Shown here piece after piece: positions 35,534 to 46,241 of a DNA stretch of 60,101 nt. The position numbers were made by a program, and so were the translations under genes. A model generated the notes under the pieces. That model had not been told where the DNA came from. It did not search any database and saw only the letters and a list, made by a program, of their open reading frames with translations. Source of the stretch: a virus (lineage: Duplodnaviria > Caudoviricetes). Within the stretch, counting starts at the first letter, position 1. Every line of letters begins with the position of its first letter. The stretch spans positions 1 to 60,101 of IMG/VR virus record IMGVR_UViG_3300020430_000017; one strand, given 5' to 3'.

Positions 35534-36145
35534 CTAGTCCGCTGAAAATTTGATGTCAACGTTAATGTCTACCTCAAACTGAGGGACACCAATGTGGTCA
35601 ACCAAGCCATGCTCAAGTGCCTCGTCGGGCTCCAAGTACCAGTCTGCGTGCCCACGGTCATGGATGTGCTTCAAGAAATATGTTTTGTTCTTGCCGCAGT
35701 TCTGTGCCATCATGTGGTAGACGCTCTTTTGTAACCTCTCGGCTTCCTTCGCATCAGATTTGATCTCTTCAATCTTGCCCCATGCACCACTTGATACATC
35801 ATGAATCATGACAGTTGCGTACGGGTCGCAATATCTCATGCCCTTGGTTCCGAAGGTCGAGAAGATAGCACCACAGGACATAGCCTTGCCCTGAATGAAG
35901 GTGGCGACAGGCAGCTTAGAGCTACGCACATCTGAAATCATAGACATCAGACTGTACACAGCGCCGCCATAACTATCAATAATGATAGGGATGACAGGCT
36001 GACCAGTGTTGTGTGCCTTTGCCATTTGATTAGTGAAGTCTCTGGCAGCGACCTCGTTAAAGTTTCTCACCCTGATGATTACAGGAAAGCCTTCCTTCAA
36101 CGTGTATTCTTTCAGTAGAGGACTAGCGTTAATAATGTGTTTCAT
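35534..36145 (-). CDS. clpP: ClpP-like protease subunit 2
   Basis: DSYGG, GKAMSCG, VMIHD, ADWYLEPDEALEHGLVD. Confidence 0.88.
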   Translation of the reverse strand: MKHIINASPLLKEYTLKEGFPVIIRVRNFNEVAARDFTNQMAKAHNTGQPVIPIIIDSYGGAVYSLMSMISDVRSSKLPVATFIQGKAMSCGAIFSTFGTKGMRYCDPYATVMIHDVSSGAWGKIEEIKSDAKEAERLQKSVYHMMAQNCGKNKTYFLKHIHDRGHADWYLEPDEALEHGLVDHIGVPQFEVDINVDIKFSAD

Positions 36146-36147
36146 GT

Positions 36148-39100
36148 TTACCCCAATAGTCTAAAGTTGTGGTGAATCGAGCGCGTGCTAAATCCCCACT
36201 TTGGATCATAGTCCAGCTTCGCCATGTATGGACGATTGATTTGAACGTTGTCGCCTCGCTCGGGTCTTACGCCCCAGCACTTAATCTTTGTTGTCTTGTT
36301 AGACGAATCGATTGCCTCAACAATCCAATATGTCTTTCCGTTCTTTGTCTTGCGTGGAATAATCTTACGAGGCACAAACCATGCCACCTGCAGATCTGGA
36401 TCAAACTCGCCGAGAGGCGGGACAAACTTTTCTTCCAGCCGCTGACGAACACGCTCGCTGAGAACTAAGTCGAACGGGAACACACCGGTAAGGTCAACTT
36501 GATACTGAATCAATTCTTCCTCGGTGAATGCACCCTCGTCTGCGTATGCCTCGATGTTCTCGATGAACCGCTTCTTGTTCTTTGGGCGGTCCACGGCAAC
36601 ACATGACCAGAAGTGCTTGAGTCCGGTGAACCGGTCGTCCATCAGAGAGTTGAGTGCTTGACAGCGAATCAACACATCCAGAGCCTTCTTGTTCAACTTA
36701 GAGTATGTAATGTTTTCGTTGAACAAAAACTCTTCAACGTTAGCAAATGGACGGTTAGCAATCACCTGTGCGATAGCTGCCTCGCCCAAGCCCTTGACCG
36801 AAGTGAGTGGCTGGATGAGCGTTCTGCCGTCCTCGCTGATCTCCCAGACTGTGCCAGACTTGTTGATGTCAAGCGGTGCAATCTCAAAGCCATAGTTCTT
36901 GGCGACATTGATTGCCTTTTCCTTGCGAGACTCTGGCTCCTTGTCCAAGAAAGATGCCAGCCACTCGGCAGGATAGTAATTCATCAACCACGCGCACTGG
37001 AACGAGAGGACCGAGTACGACACTGCATGTGACTTATTGAAGCCATAACCAGAAAAGTACTCAAAAGTATCCCACAGTCCCTCAGCGTCTGCGACCTTGA
37101 TGCCTTTCTCTTGGCAACCTTCAACAAACTTTTTATGAATAAGCGCTTTCTTATCATTCTTGCCTGTACCCTTCTTGGTAAGTAGTTTCCGCAACAAGTT
37201 ACCCTCATCGAGCGTCAAGTCCTTACCCAGCTTGTGAGCCAAGATAGCAATCTGCTCTTGGAAGATGAGGAAGCCAAATGTCTCTTCGGTTACCTCTTGC
37301 ACGATAGGGTGAATGTACTTCACATACTGTGGGCTGTTCTTGGCATCGACGTAATCTTTATCAACGCCAGCACTCAGTGGACCGGGACGAAAGATAGACG
37401 TGATAGCAGAAATGTCAATGATGCTGGTCGGCTTGGCGCGAACACAAAACTGTTGCGCTCCGTTCTCAGTAAACTGAAAAACGCCTCCCCACTTGCCTGC
37501 ATGAAAAACATTTTCGTATACCTCTTGGTCATCAAAGTCAATCGAATCGGGATGAAGGTTATTATTATAGAACTCACGGACCTGCTCAAAGCTAGGATCC
37601 TCGACCCCATGATGGCGCTGGAGAATGTGACGGATGGCACCTTCAATCATTCGCAGCGTAGACAAGCCGAGAATATCAAACTTAATAAATCCCATCGGCT
37701 CAAGGTGTCGGACGTTCTGACCCTCGGACCATGGCGTTTGTCGAACACCGCCTGAGTTAATCAGCGGCATGTACTGGTCAAGATTCTCAGCGACCACAAC
37801 ACCGCCAGCATGACGCGAGCATGAGCGAGTCTGTCCATAGAGCGCGTTAACGTGTGTCTTCACATGTGGATACTTGTTAAGGAAAGCCTGCAAGGTTCCG
37901 CTAAACTCCATCACCTCTTCAAAAGTGGGAGTATAGACGCCAGCCTTGATTCCGTGGCGCTGCTTCGCTGGACCTGTAGCCTCAAACATCATCGTGCTCG
38001 TCACCGCATTGACCTCGGTGAACGGGATACCATAGAACTTAGAGATATCCTTGATGAGCGACTTAAGTTGCAGAGTGTTCCAGTTGGAAATGGGAGCAAC
38101 GGTATCTTCACCCCACTGCTCGATAAGCTCTTCTTTCAGGACCATCGGGTCAGACACATCGTAATCAATATCTGGGTAGTCCGTGGCATCGGAACGCAGG
38201 AAGCGGGAGAACAGCAGACCGTACTTGATAGGATCAATCTGTGTAATGCCCAGCGCATATGCCACTAGTGAGCCTGCAGCAGAGCCTCGACCGGGACCAG
38301 CCAGCATCTTCTCAGTAGCCTTGTCAGCAATAGCCTTCATGGTCAGGAAGTATTTGCTGAATCCACGGTTATCGATGACTTTCAACTCACGACGCAGCCG
38401 TTCTCGATACTCTTCATTCTTGTCAAAACCAAGTGCTCGCAAACCTTGCATCGAATATTGTACTAGTGCCTCCGTTGCGGTGGAGCCTGCTGGTACCACA
38501 AAGTCCGGTAGGCGAACGGTGTTGTCTGGAAAGAACGACTCAACGCGCTCATGAGCGATTTTGTGACCGTTCTTAATTGAACTAAGAACCAGATCATCAT
38601 CATATACAGCCCCAGCCTCAGAAGAATACTTCCGATAGGACTCCCACATTTGGTCACCGTTCTTCGGGTACAGTTCATAACCGATTTCCTCTACATCAAT
38701 AGGTAGCTCGTTGCTCTCATAATCAGGCTTAGCTTTTCCAAGCCAGCCAAGACGCTTGTACAACTCGCGATCCTTCCATGCTGTTGGGCTCGGGTAGTGA
38801 CTATCTGCCGTTGACAGTAGCTCCAGACCAAACTCGTTATGCATTTCAACGATACATTGGTTCAGTTGATGCTGCTCGGGCACATTGTTCCACTGCAACT
38901 CGCCGTACCAGCGATCGCCAAAGATAGACTGCATGCGCCGTGTCGTCGTGCGCATACGGTCAAGGCACGCTTCCTTGTCGAATGTGCGGTTGCCGTCCTC
39001 ATCAGTCTCCCAGCTTTGCCAGAAGTCTTGAGCATATACGCCACCGAGACATGCAGAAGAGGCGATGATGCCCTCTGAATATTTCTCAAGAAGCGCATAG

Positions 39101-39600
39101 TCCATGCGCGGATAACGATAGAAATTGTCAGGCTGATAGCTTTCGGAGATGAGCTTAAAAAGGTTATTAAGTCCTGTCTGGTTCTGCGCGACAAGCACAA
39201 GGTGGGCACGACGACGTAGCACGTCCTTCACTGCTTTCTTGCTCGCGTCTTCGTCTTCAATCGTAGTACCAGATTGGGACTCCTTCTTAACGTTTTTAAG
39301 TTTGGCGCGTGCTACCTCGTAGTCCGTTCGCCATTCCTCAATAGAAGGAATGAAATATGCTTCAACACCATAGATAGGCTTGAAGTCCTTGCCATCAGCT
39401 TGCATCTTCTTAGCATGCAGAACTTGATGTGCAAGACCATTCATATTTCCGTGGTCTGTCAAAGCCAAAGCTGTGCAGCCATTATCATATGCAAAATCCA
39501 TATGCTCTTGGGGATAGCCAATAGCATCGAAAATGGAACCTGCAACGCTGTGCGCATGCAGATTCACGAACGGAATCTTTGAGGTAACTCGCTTTGTCAT
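36148..39600 (-). CDS. dnaE: DNA polymerase III alpha subunit (family C)
   Basis: PHP LHAHS/TDHG, GRGSAAGSLV, PDIDYD, KFDILGL, YGFNKSH. Confidence 0.96.
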   Translation of the reverse strand: MTKRVTSKIPFVNLHAHSVAGSIFDAIGYPQEHMDFAYDNGCTALALTDHGNMNGLAHQVLHAKKMQADGKDFKPIYGVEAYFIPSIEEWRTDYEVARAKLKNVKKESQSGTTIEDEDASKKAVKDVLRRRAHLVLVAQNQTGLNNLFKLISESYQPDNFYRYPRMDYALLEKYSEGIIASSACLGGVYAQDFWQSWETDEDGNRTFDKEACLDRMRTTTRRMQSIFGDRWYGELQWNNVPEQHQLNQCIVEMHNEFGLELLSTADSHYPSPTAWKDRELYKRLGWLGKAKPDYESNELPIDVEEIGYELYPKNGDQMWESYRKYSSEAGAVYDDDLVLSSIKNGHKIAHERVESFFPDNTVRLPDFVVPAGSTATEALVQYSMQGLRALGFDKNEEYRERLRRELKVIDNRGFSKYFLTMKAIADKATEKMLAGPGRGSAAGSLVAYALGITQIDPIKYGLLFSRFLRSDATDYPDIDYDVSDPMVLKEELIEQWGEDTVAPISNWNTLQLKSLIKDISKFYGIPFTEVNAVTSTMMFEATGPAKQRHGIKAGVYTPTFEEVMEFSGTLQAFLNKYPHVKTHVNALYGQTRSCSRHAGGVVVAENLDQYMPLINSGGVRQTPWSEGQNVRHLEPMGFIKFDILGLSTLRMIEGAIRHILQRHHGVEDPSFEQVREFYNNNLHPDSIDFDDQEVYENVFHAGKWGGVFQFTENGAQQFCVRAKPTSIIDISAITSIFRPGPLSAGVDKDYVDAKNSPQYVKYIHPIVQEVTEETFGFLIFQEQIAILAHKLGKDLTLDEGNLLRKLLTKKGTGKNDKKALIHKKFVEGCQEKGIKVADAEGLWDTFEYFSGYGFNKSHAVSYSVLSFQCAWLMNYYPAEWLASFLDKEPESRKEKAINVAKNYGFEIAPLDINKSGTVWEISEDGRTLIQPLTSVKGLGEAAIAQVIANRPFANVEEFLFNENITYSKLNKKALDVLIRCQALNSLMDDRFTGLKHFWSCVAVDRPKNKKRFIENIEAYADEGAFTEEELIQYQVDLTGVFPFDLVLSERVRQRLEEKFVPPLGEFDPDLQVAWFVPRKIIPRKTKNGKTYWIVEAIDSSNKTTKIKCWGVRPERGDNVQINRPYMAKLDYDPKWGFSTRSIHHNFRLLG

Positions 39601-39606
39601 CTATAA

Positions 39607-39798
39607 TTACGCCTCGTCAATGATGTTATCGACAAGACGAACGAAATCGGTAGGACCGAGATCGTTTCCGTTAGCACTCTCAGTGATCACATGGTAGCGC
39701 AAACCACCCAAACGACGTTGGATAGATGATAGACGAGAGCGCAGTTCCTCATTCTCATTCTTGAGCTTTGTGGTGGGGGTTGTTTTCTTAGTGGACAT
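39607..39798 (-). CDS. hypothetical protein
   Basis: AAGGAG RBS. Confidence 0.6.
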   Translation of the reverse strand: MSTKKTTPTTKLKNENEELRSRLSSIQRRLGGLRYHVITESANGNDLGPTDFVRLVDNIIDEA

Positions 39799-39799
39799 T

Positions 39800-40711
39800 T
39801 TATTCTCCTTGTTGAATGTCTGTTCCTATAGGATTGAGCTTCGATACAGGCAATAAGCAATCAGGACGCTCAATGTGTTGTGCCTCTTCTGAGGCTAAAA
39901 AGTTGCGGTATTTGTTCCAGTCTTCAATGGCATGGAACCACGGGACTTCGACTTTATTAGCTTCATCCATTATAGCAGAACCAAACACAATGTCAAGCGG
40001 AAAATGGCGGGCAGAGTATCTTTTTTCTATTGGCAATTTCTTACTCGGATACTTCTCCCCTTTCTTCGGGGCATACCAGCCGCCAGTGCCTTTCTCTCTG
40101 ACATCGCGACGAAACATCTTGAAGTCCTCCCCGTCAAAGGTGAAGGGGAGCGGAAGACCATCACGTATGGTCTTGTTGTTATGTGCTAAATAAAATCTAT
40201 TGTTGGATGAGATGTGCTTTCGACTAGAGCGCAGCACTTCAGCATTTATAATCCCTGTTGGAAAGGCGACAAAGAACCTGTCTGGTATCACCCACTTACT
40301 CATCTGACCAGAGATGTGGTATGCAGTCAGCGCTCCATGCAATACGCTCCAGCCATAGCAGTCTCTTTTGTCTCTGTCTTTGGGGTGAATCGGAACATAA
40401 TAAATAGGAATCTGCTGTGTTTCCTCGCTGGGAAATCTTGTCATTGTGCGGTTTCTATAAACCGGATCTTCTACAAAATCGCCTAGGGTATGTTTAATAA
40501 TAGGGGCAACATCATCATTACAAACAATCCAGACTGTCTCGCATCCAGCATATGCACATTGGACTACAGCATGTTCAATTGCCGTGTAGTTCTCAGCGAT
40601 CATTGCCATGCAGTTTGGCAATCCAAGGTTAATGTTTGCTGACATGCCAGCCACCGGAATAATCCCTGCAAGATGATATGAGAGATTGCTCCCTTTGCCC
40701 GTTTCAATCAT
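39800..40711 (-). CDS. divergent sugar-nucleotidyltransferase-like protein
   Basis: LAGIIPVAG...LP...AIEHAV...AGCETVWIV. Confidence 0.6.
   Translation of the reverse strand: MIETGKGSNLSYHLAGIIPVAGMSANINLGLPNCMAMIAENYTAIEHAVVQCAYAGCETVWIVCNDDVAPIIKHTLGDFVEDPVYRNRTMTRFPSEETQQIPIYYVPIHPKDRDKRDCYGWSVLHGALTAYHISGQMSKWVIPDRFFVAFPTGIINAEVLRSSRKHISSNNRFYLAHNNKTIRDGLPLPFTFDGEDFKMFRRDVREKGTGGWYAPKKGEKYPSKKLPIEKRYSARHFPLDIVFGSAIMDEANKVEVPWFHAIEDWNKYRNFLASEEAQHIERPDCLLPVSKLNPIGTDIQQGE
39969..39996 (-). promoter_or_regulatory. sigma70-type promoter inside a CDS, upstream of dnaE
   Basis: TTGACA-N16-TATAAT. Confidence 0.6.
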
Positions 40712-41595
40712 GGTGTCAATAAAACTTTAGGAATGTAGGGGTTAGCGGGGCGCGGATCGCCGTACGGCTTTGTGTTTGCCAAACACTCGTTCAGCAACAT
40801 GTGCGGCTCAATCCTATTAAATACAATGTTTGGTGTTTCTGCATATTTGTGCATATCTGTTTTGCGGATACGCCTCTTCTGAAACTCTATCTTGATGGCA
40901 TAATGTTTTGGGTTGCCATTGGGATCACTTCCGTTGCGGGCTCCACGGATACCTACTTCCTTCATCTTGCTGATAACTTTGAAGCGTGCATATGTCGGGG
41001 AGTACTCAAACTCATCAAGCTGGTCTTCCGAAAGAAACGACTCGGAGCATAAATCTTTCTTGTCGGCATGGTTGCCGTGAAGACGCTCCGAGGGATAAAA
41101 ATATATATTTCTCACAAAATCCTCAGATGGCTCTATTAATTTGCTCTCGCCATGGCGCATTCCAGAACGCACGTCAAACCAGTCAACAACTCGATACGTG
41201 TCACAAAGGTTTAATATATCGGGCATACCCTCAATCTTGTCATCATCGAATACCCATGCAGTGCTAAAGTCTCCCCTCACAATACGTGAGCGATTAGCTG
41301 TGGTTACCACAAGAGAACTGTCATCGACACGGATTGAGGCAGCATTGTCGGCGAAAGGAAGCTGACCGCCCATGGATAGAATCATATAAAGATGATCCCA
41401 AAGGTCAATCTGGTGCTTGATCTTGCCGCTGCCCATTCCGTATGCTGACAGGTCAATCTCTCTTATCTTCTCAAAGTTCCAAGGTGCCGACGAAGGATAG
41501 CCAACTACAGGCATGCCGGTGTAGAATGCATAGATCAGTGCGCTTAGGCTGTAGCCCACAATGACTCCATCCCATTGGTACCTATGTTCCTTCAT
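40708..41595 (-). CDS. hypothetical protein with degenerate Rossmann-like N-terminus
   Basis: WDGVIVGYSLSALIYA. Confidence 0.6.
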   Translation of the reverse strand: MKEHRYQWDGVIVGYSLSALIYAFYTGMPVVGYPSSAPWNFEKIREIDLSAYGMGSGKIKHQIDLWDHLYMILSMGGQLPFADNAASIRVDDSSLVVTTANRSRIVRGDFSTAWVFDDDKIEGMPDILNLCDTYRVVDWFDVRSGMRHGESKLIEPSEDFVRNIYFYPSERLHGNHADKKDLCSESFLSEDQLDEFEYSPTYARFKVISKMKEVGIRGARNGSDPNGNPKHYAIKIEFQKRRIRKTDMHKYAETPNIVFNRIEPHMLLNECLANTKPYGDPRPANPYIPKVLLTP

Positions 41596-41867
41596 TAAGC
41601 AAAAGATGCTAACACATAATTCTCCAAAACCAAAAGATACTTTGATCCATCAAAGTCCAGATTCTTTACCATGTGGCGCTCGACAGCAATAAGATCTCCA
41701 GTCTGGTAATTCTGGCTACAGTCTTCTGCTTGCGATACCACGCGATAACATTCGTATTCCTTTGCGGGAGGCTTGTAGCTATCGGGTAGCACAAACCCCT
41801 TTTCATCTTCTGGGTTGGTGTTGACTTCTTCAACTTGAATGTGTCGGTTCTTTGGTGTTAGTTGCAC
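41595..41867 (-). CDS. groES: GroES-like co-chaperonin
   Basis: LTPKNRHIQV...GFVLPD...GDLI...YLLVLENYVLA. Confidence 0.75.
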   Translation of the reverse strand: MQLTPKNRHIQVEEVNTNPEDEKGFVLPDSYKPPAKEYECYRVVSQAEDCSQNYQTGDLIAVERHMVKNLDFDGSKYLLVLENYVLASFA

Positions 41868-41875
41868 CTTTCCTC

Positions 41876-43855
41876 CTAGATTGTGCAGGTGTCGTTGGTG
41901 CAGAACTTAGATCCAGCACCTTCGGCTTCGGTATCGATACGATCAATCGGCGTGATTTTGCTTGACATTTTCTCGTATTCTTCTTTTGTGATTGCTTCAT
42001 AGGGAGCCTGTTTATATCCTGTTTCTTTGTATGCTAAGAATGATACTGCCTTAAGGCGAGTCTCGTACATCTCCAGCGCACTCTTGAGAGCATCGGCTTC
42101 GTGAGGCTGGAAGGTTACTGTTACAGACACAGAGTTGTCAGCCCAAAAGTGCTGGTACTGTGCTGCGATCTCAAGCTGCTCCCACATGGACACATCCTTC
42201 TTGCTCTTCTCAAAGAAAGGCTCTTGCACCGGAAACTCTACAACAGTAGTGTTGGGCGAGTATGCATCCGGTTCCATATTATACCCTGCTTTCTTCAAAT
42301 GGTCAAGCATATCTGACGTGTTTGAGAAACGAATCCTACGAATGTAGTACTCGGACTCGGGAAAGTGAATGCCGGGAGTCGAGCCATTCAGCAATGACAC
42401 TGTGCCGCTGGGCTTAATGCTGGTCATGCGTACGGAGCGAGGGATACAAAGCCAGTTTGAATATTCCTCATCCAAATCCTGCACACGATCATATGCCTTA
42501 TCGCACCAGTCATAGACTTCACGGCGACCATGCTTGGCGAATGCCTGTACAACTCCAGACTGCGACAGTCCGATGCGTCGGTTCTTGAGCATGATTGCGT
42601 TTGTCTCTGGCCAGTGCGTGTTGACCAGTGTAACTGTCTTGCCATACAAGTATGCGATCTTTAATGTTTTCAGATAATCATCATAACTCTCATGCTTTGC
42701 TGGGTATGTCTCGACCAAGCAGCACAACTCTGCATCCTCAAGCTGTTGCTCAACGCAAGGGTTGAATCCCATAACGTGACGATCATCGTCGCGAGGCTCA
42801 TCCTTGAAACGACCACGGGTGCGAGCGTTGTTCAACCAGATATAGCCGGGTTCGCCGTTCTTCTGTGATTGTTCCGCGTGCCATGTATAATCCATTCCAA
42901 CCATAGCCTCAAACGAGTTATTGGATCCCCAGCGATGTGAGTAAAGCTTTTCCTGATCATTCTTCATCGACAGATATTCTTTATCGTCGTGCGCGCCAAG
43001 CGCAAGAGCAGCAGAACGTCGGACGTTGCCTGCAACAACACACTTCCCAATAAGGTTCTCAGTGTCAACAATATCAACAGATGTTACAGTCTCACCAATG
43101 CGAGCGTCATAAAGTTCTTTAAGGTTATTATGTAACAGCAACAAAGGCTCATGCCCAGCAGACGTACCGCCGAAACCCTTGATGGGGGCACCCAATGGAC
43201 GAATGGCACTGTAGTCGAACTGAGGCACGTCGCTTCCAAAGTAGTATCCGTCAAGCAGAATACGAACTGAGCGCACCCAACCTTCGCGGCTATCATCAAT
43301 GACATAAACGTCATCAACAAAGTTAGGCTGGCGAATTGTCGCGGTGCCTGCACCCTTGGTGTCGAACCCAACACCAATTCCAACCATCAGCGCATCCATA
43401 ATCCATGCAAACAGATAGCCCCCCTTGGTACTAATATCTTTAGTAGAGCGGAAAGCGCAGTTGAACAAGCCTGCGCCAGTGCGCTCTTGGACAAACTTCG
43501 TTCCCATCATCCACAAGCCGCGACCGGGTGGCGACCACTTGAGGGTGAAAAGCCTATCGTACGCATCCTTGGCAGTGCGCTGTGCCTTTGCATCATTCCA
43601 CTCAAGCCCTAAACGGGCAACGTGCTGCTTCTGTATATCAAACATACCCTCGATAACTCGGCGACATGTCTGGAACCACTCTTCGGTTCCCGATGTGCCG
43701 GGTGTTGTTTCTTCCAGTCGGCGGGCGTACGTCCTCTTAAACGTCACGTATCCCAACGGACCCCACGGCACTTGTCGATCTCTATAGTTATCAATAAAAG
43801 ATTCTGACAGTCGAAATCGACGGACTGACGGATCTCTCTCGGTTTGCTCGTACAT
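41876..43855 (-). CDS. nrdJ: class II (B12-dependent) ribonucleoside-triphosphate reductase, monomeric type
   Basis: PPGRGLW, NCAF, GNVRRSA, NPCVEQ, SIKPSGTVS. Confidence 0.93.
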   Translation of the reverse strand: MYEQTERDPSVRRFRLSESFIDNYRDRQVPWGPLGYVTFKRTYARRLEETTPGTSGTEEWFQTCRRVIEGMFDIQKQHVARLGLEWNDAKAQRTAKDAYDRLFTLKWSPPGRGLWMMGTKFVQERTGAGLFNCAFRSTKDISTKGGYLFAWIMDALMVGIGVGFDTKGAGTATIRQPNFVDDVYVIDDSREGWVRSVRILLDGYYFGSDVPQFDYSAIRPLGAPIKGFGGTSAGHEPLLLLHNNLKELYDARIGETVTSVDIVDTENLIGKCVVAGNVRRSAALALGAHDDKEYLSMKNDQEKLYSHRWGSNNSFEAMVGMDYTWHAEQSQKNGEPGYIWLNNARTRGRFKDEPRDDDRHVMGFNPCVEQQLEDAELCCLVETYPAKHESYDDYLKTLKIAYLYGKTVTLVNTHWPETNAIMLKNRRIGLSQSGVVQAFAKHGRREVYDWCDKAYDRVQDLDEEYSNWLCIPRSVRMTSIKPSGTVSLLNGSTPGIHFPESEYYIRRIRFSNTSDMLDHLKKAGYNMEPDAYSPNTTVVEFPVQEPFFEKSKKDVSMWEQLEIAAQYQHFWADNSVSVTVTFQPHEADALKSALEMYETRLKAVSFLAYKETGYKQAPYEAITKEEYEKMSSKITPIDRIDTEAEGAGSKFCTNDTCTI

Positions 43856-45225
43856 TATGTTTGCTTACTCCTATTAGCCTTAAAGTTTTTGTATTTTTCT
43901 TTTAGATTTTCTGCCTGTTTCTTGGCAGTGTTTTCGATGATTTCACCGGGTGTCTCACCAGTTGGTTCAAGAACCTTAATCTTCACAGACGCAGGATCCA
44001 TGAATATCGGGTAAACGAGTCCATCGGGTCCGTTTCTGTTTTTGGCAACGAATACTCGTCCGGTGTTGTTGTTTTTGTCGTCAATTGTTCTGGAGACTGA
44101 GAAAATAAAGTCTGCCACAAAGCACTTATTGAACGCCTCGCTGATCGACTCCATTGTAATAACTTCTGCATTCAGTCCTGACCTATTAGTTTGCGATGCT
44201 GTCCAAAGTGGACATTGATTTTCTTGAGCGATTGCCCGCAACTCTTCATAGATAGATTCCAGTTCATTTCTTTTCTCTTTTTGATAAGTAACAGGTCGCA
44301 AAAGATCCCCATAATCGACAATAATCATATCCGGTGTGATGTCTCGCTTGCGCAATTTCTCTAAATGAGTGGATAGAGTTCGCGTGCTTGCAGACTTGGT
44401 TGGATACTCTTTAATAATTAGTGTGCCTTCAATGTCTTGGACAGTCTCATACACTAATTCTTTTAGTTGAAACAGATCACCTAGCGGCACCCCCGTAAGG
44501 CATGAGTCATACCTGTTTCCAATAGCTGACTCTGCCAACTCAAGAGTGTAATGAACCACAGTCTTGCCTTCCTTGACAGCCTGTGCGCCTAAGTGCGTAA
44601 GAACCATAGACTTTCCGGCACCTGTAGGTGCGATGACGACACCAAGCTCGCCAGCACCGATGCCGCCTTTGCAGATATCGTCGATGCGATCCCAGCCGGT
44701 AGTGATCGCGTTTCTTGTTTTAAGCTGGAATCTTGCTTCAAAATCTTTCACATAATCATGACCGAAATTGTTATCGCTGCCAAGCTTAAGAGCGTTATTA
44801 ATCACAGCACTAATCTCGTCGAACGAAGAAGACTGCAGCAGCTTGACCGATTCCATCATCGCCTCTTTAAGTTTCTGCTTGCGGCAGAAATCAAGCGACA
44901 CTTCTTTAATATATTTACGACCCTCGACCTCAGAATTGCAGATGCGCGCAAAGTAACTGCGCACCTGTTGCTTGTCTGTGTCTGTCTCTCCCTCTAGTTC
45001 CGACCGCAAAAGCGTCATCATGATCTTGCGTGACGGATGTACATTATATTTGTCACGATATGCAAAGACTTGCTTCACGAACGTGCGCAGATAAGACAAC
45101 TCCAAGAAGTTTGTGTCCAATACCTCATGAATCTGATCCGCGAACGGACGATCTTCAAGGATAAGCTGGCACAGTCCCTCTTGGAAGTTCTTTCCAAATT
45201 TACTGAAACTTGGCTGCTCTGTCAT
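43855..45225 (-). CDS. DnaB/gp41-like replicative helicase
   Basis: APTGAGKS, YTLEL, IVDYGD, TASQTNR, KNRNG. Confidence 0.92.
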   Translation of the reverse strand: MTEQPSFSKFGKNFQEGLCQLILEDRPFADQIHEVLDTNFLELSYLRTFVKQVFAYRDKYNVHPSRKIMMTLLRSELEGETDTDKQQVRSYFARICNSEVEGRKYIKEVSLDFCRKQKLKEAMMESVKLLQSSSFDEISAVINNALKLGSDNNFGHDYVKDFEARFQLKTRNAITTGWDRIDDICKGGIGAGELGVVIAPTGAGKSMVLTHLGAQAVKEGKTVVHYTLELAESAIGNRYDSCLTGVPLGDLFQLKELVYETVQDIEGTLIIKEYPTKSASTRTLSTHLEKLRKRDITPDMIIVDYGDLLRPVTYQKEKRNELESIYEELRAIAQENQCPLWTASQTNRSGLNAEVITMESISEAFNKCFVADFIFSVSRTIDDKNNNTGRVFVAKNRNGPDGLVYPIFMDPASVKIKVLEPTGETPGEIIENTAKKQAENLKEKYKNFKANRSKQT

Positions 45226-45242
45226 TTTTACCTCTGATGCAG

Positions 45243-45271
45243 ATTATACCGCGTTCGCTACTTGTTGTCAA
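45243..45271 (-). promoter_or_regulatory. sigma70-type promoter of the helicase/RNR block
   Basis: TTGACA-N17-TATAAT. Confidence 0.85.
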
Positions 45272-46241
45272 CCACAATTCGCCTCATTGTTTGGAACAGG
45301 TCAGACCAATCGCCAGCACCAAAACCATCATCAATCATCATGCCCTGAACAGCGGTCTTATTAAATAGCATCTCGGCTTCTTCAACCGCAAAACGGACTT
45401 GCTTTTTTCCCTGTGGGGAGATGGCTGGGGCGTACAACTGCATCAGCTTATAGTTCTCTCTGATTGTGTCTTCGTTTGCCACAATTGATTGAAATACTTT
45501 AAGTTTTGACTCGTTGGCAATCTGATCTTGGCAGTGCTCAACGAGGTCTGTAACCGTGCAATAATCGTCATTAGAAAAAAGATCGCCGAAGCGCTTCTTG
45601 ATGGTGCCCAAGCCAACACCGGGAACTCCCGGCAGGTTGTCTGACTTGTCGCCAGCGATAGCGCGAGCGAGAGCCATGTTAGTTGGGTGGATACCGAACT
45701 CTTCAAGCAGTCGCTTGGAGTTCATGATTTGTTTTTGGATTGGTCGAAAGACAACCGTATTGTCGTCGCAAAGCTGAAAGAAATCCTTGTCACTGGACAC
45801 GATGACTTTCTGCCAGTCTGCAAAATGTCCTAGCTTAGAAACGTATGCGATAACATCATCAGCTTCCACTGCCGGTAGCATCGTCTGAGAAATCGGCATT
45901 TCATTTAGGTACTCAATCAGCCGTGTTTGCTGCCACACCTTGTTTTCAATTTCCTCATTCTCGGACAGGTTGCGCACCTCTCTGTTAAGTCGGATTGGCT
46001 TGCGACCTTCCTTGTAACCCTTGTTGACCGACTTGCGCTTCTGTGAGCCGCCAGCGCCGTCCCACGCAATCACTACATGATCTGGCTTTGTCTCACGTAG
46101 CAGCTTTTGAAGAATCTTAAGAAACCCCTTGACCCCACCGATAGGCTGACCATTGGTTGATAGGCTGGGATCTACAATGTATGCGCGAAAGTACATGTTC
46201 AGCGCGTCAATAATCAATACCCGTTTCATACCCTCAGTCAT
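45258..46241 (-). CDS. 5'-3' exonuclease / flap endonuclease (PolI N-terminal / RNase H-like)
   Basis: LIIDALN, YKEGR, EADDVI, SSDKDFFQL, GDKSDNLPGVPGVG. Confidence 0.93.
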   Translation of the reverse strand: MTEGMKRVLIIDALNMYFRAYIVDPSLSTNGQPIGGVKGFLKILQKLLRETKPDHVVIAWDGAGGSQKRKSVNKGYKEGRKPIRLNREVRNLSENEEIENKVWQQTRLIEYLNEMPISQTMLPAVEADDVIAYVSKLGHFADWQKVIVSSDKDFFQLCDDNTVVFRPIQKQIMNSKRLLEEFGIHPTNMALARAIAGDKSDNLPGVPGVGLGTIKKRFGDLFSNDDYCTVTDLVEHCQDQIANESKLKVFQSIVANEDTIRENYKLMQLYAPAISPQGKKQVRFAVEEAEMLFNKTAVQGMMIDDGFGAGDWSDLFQTMRRIVVDNK

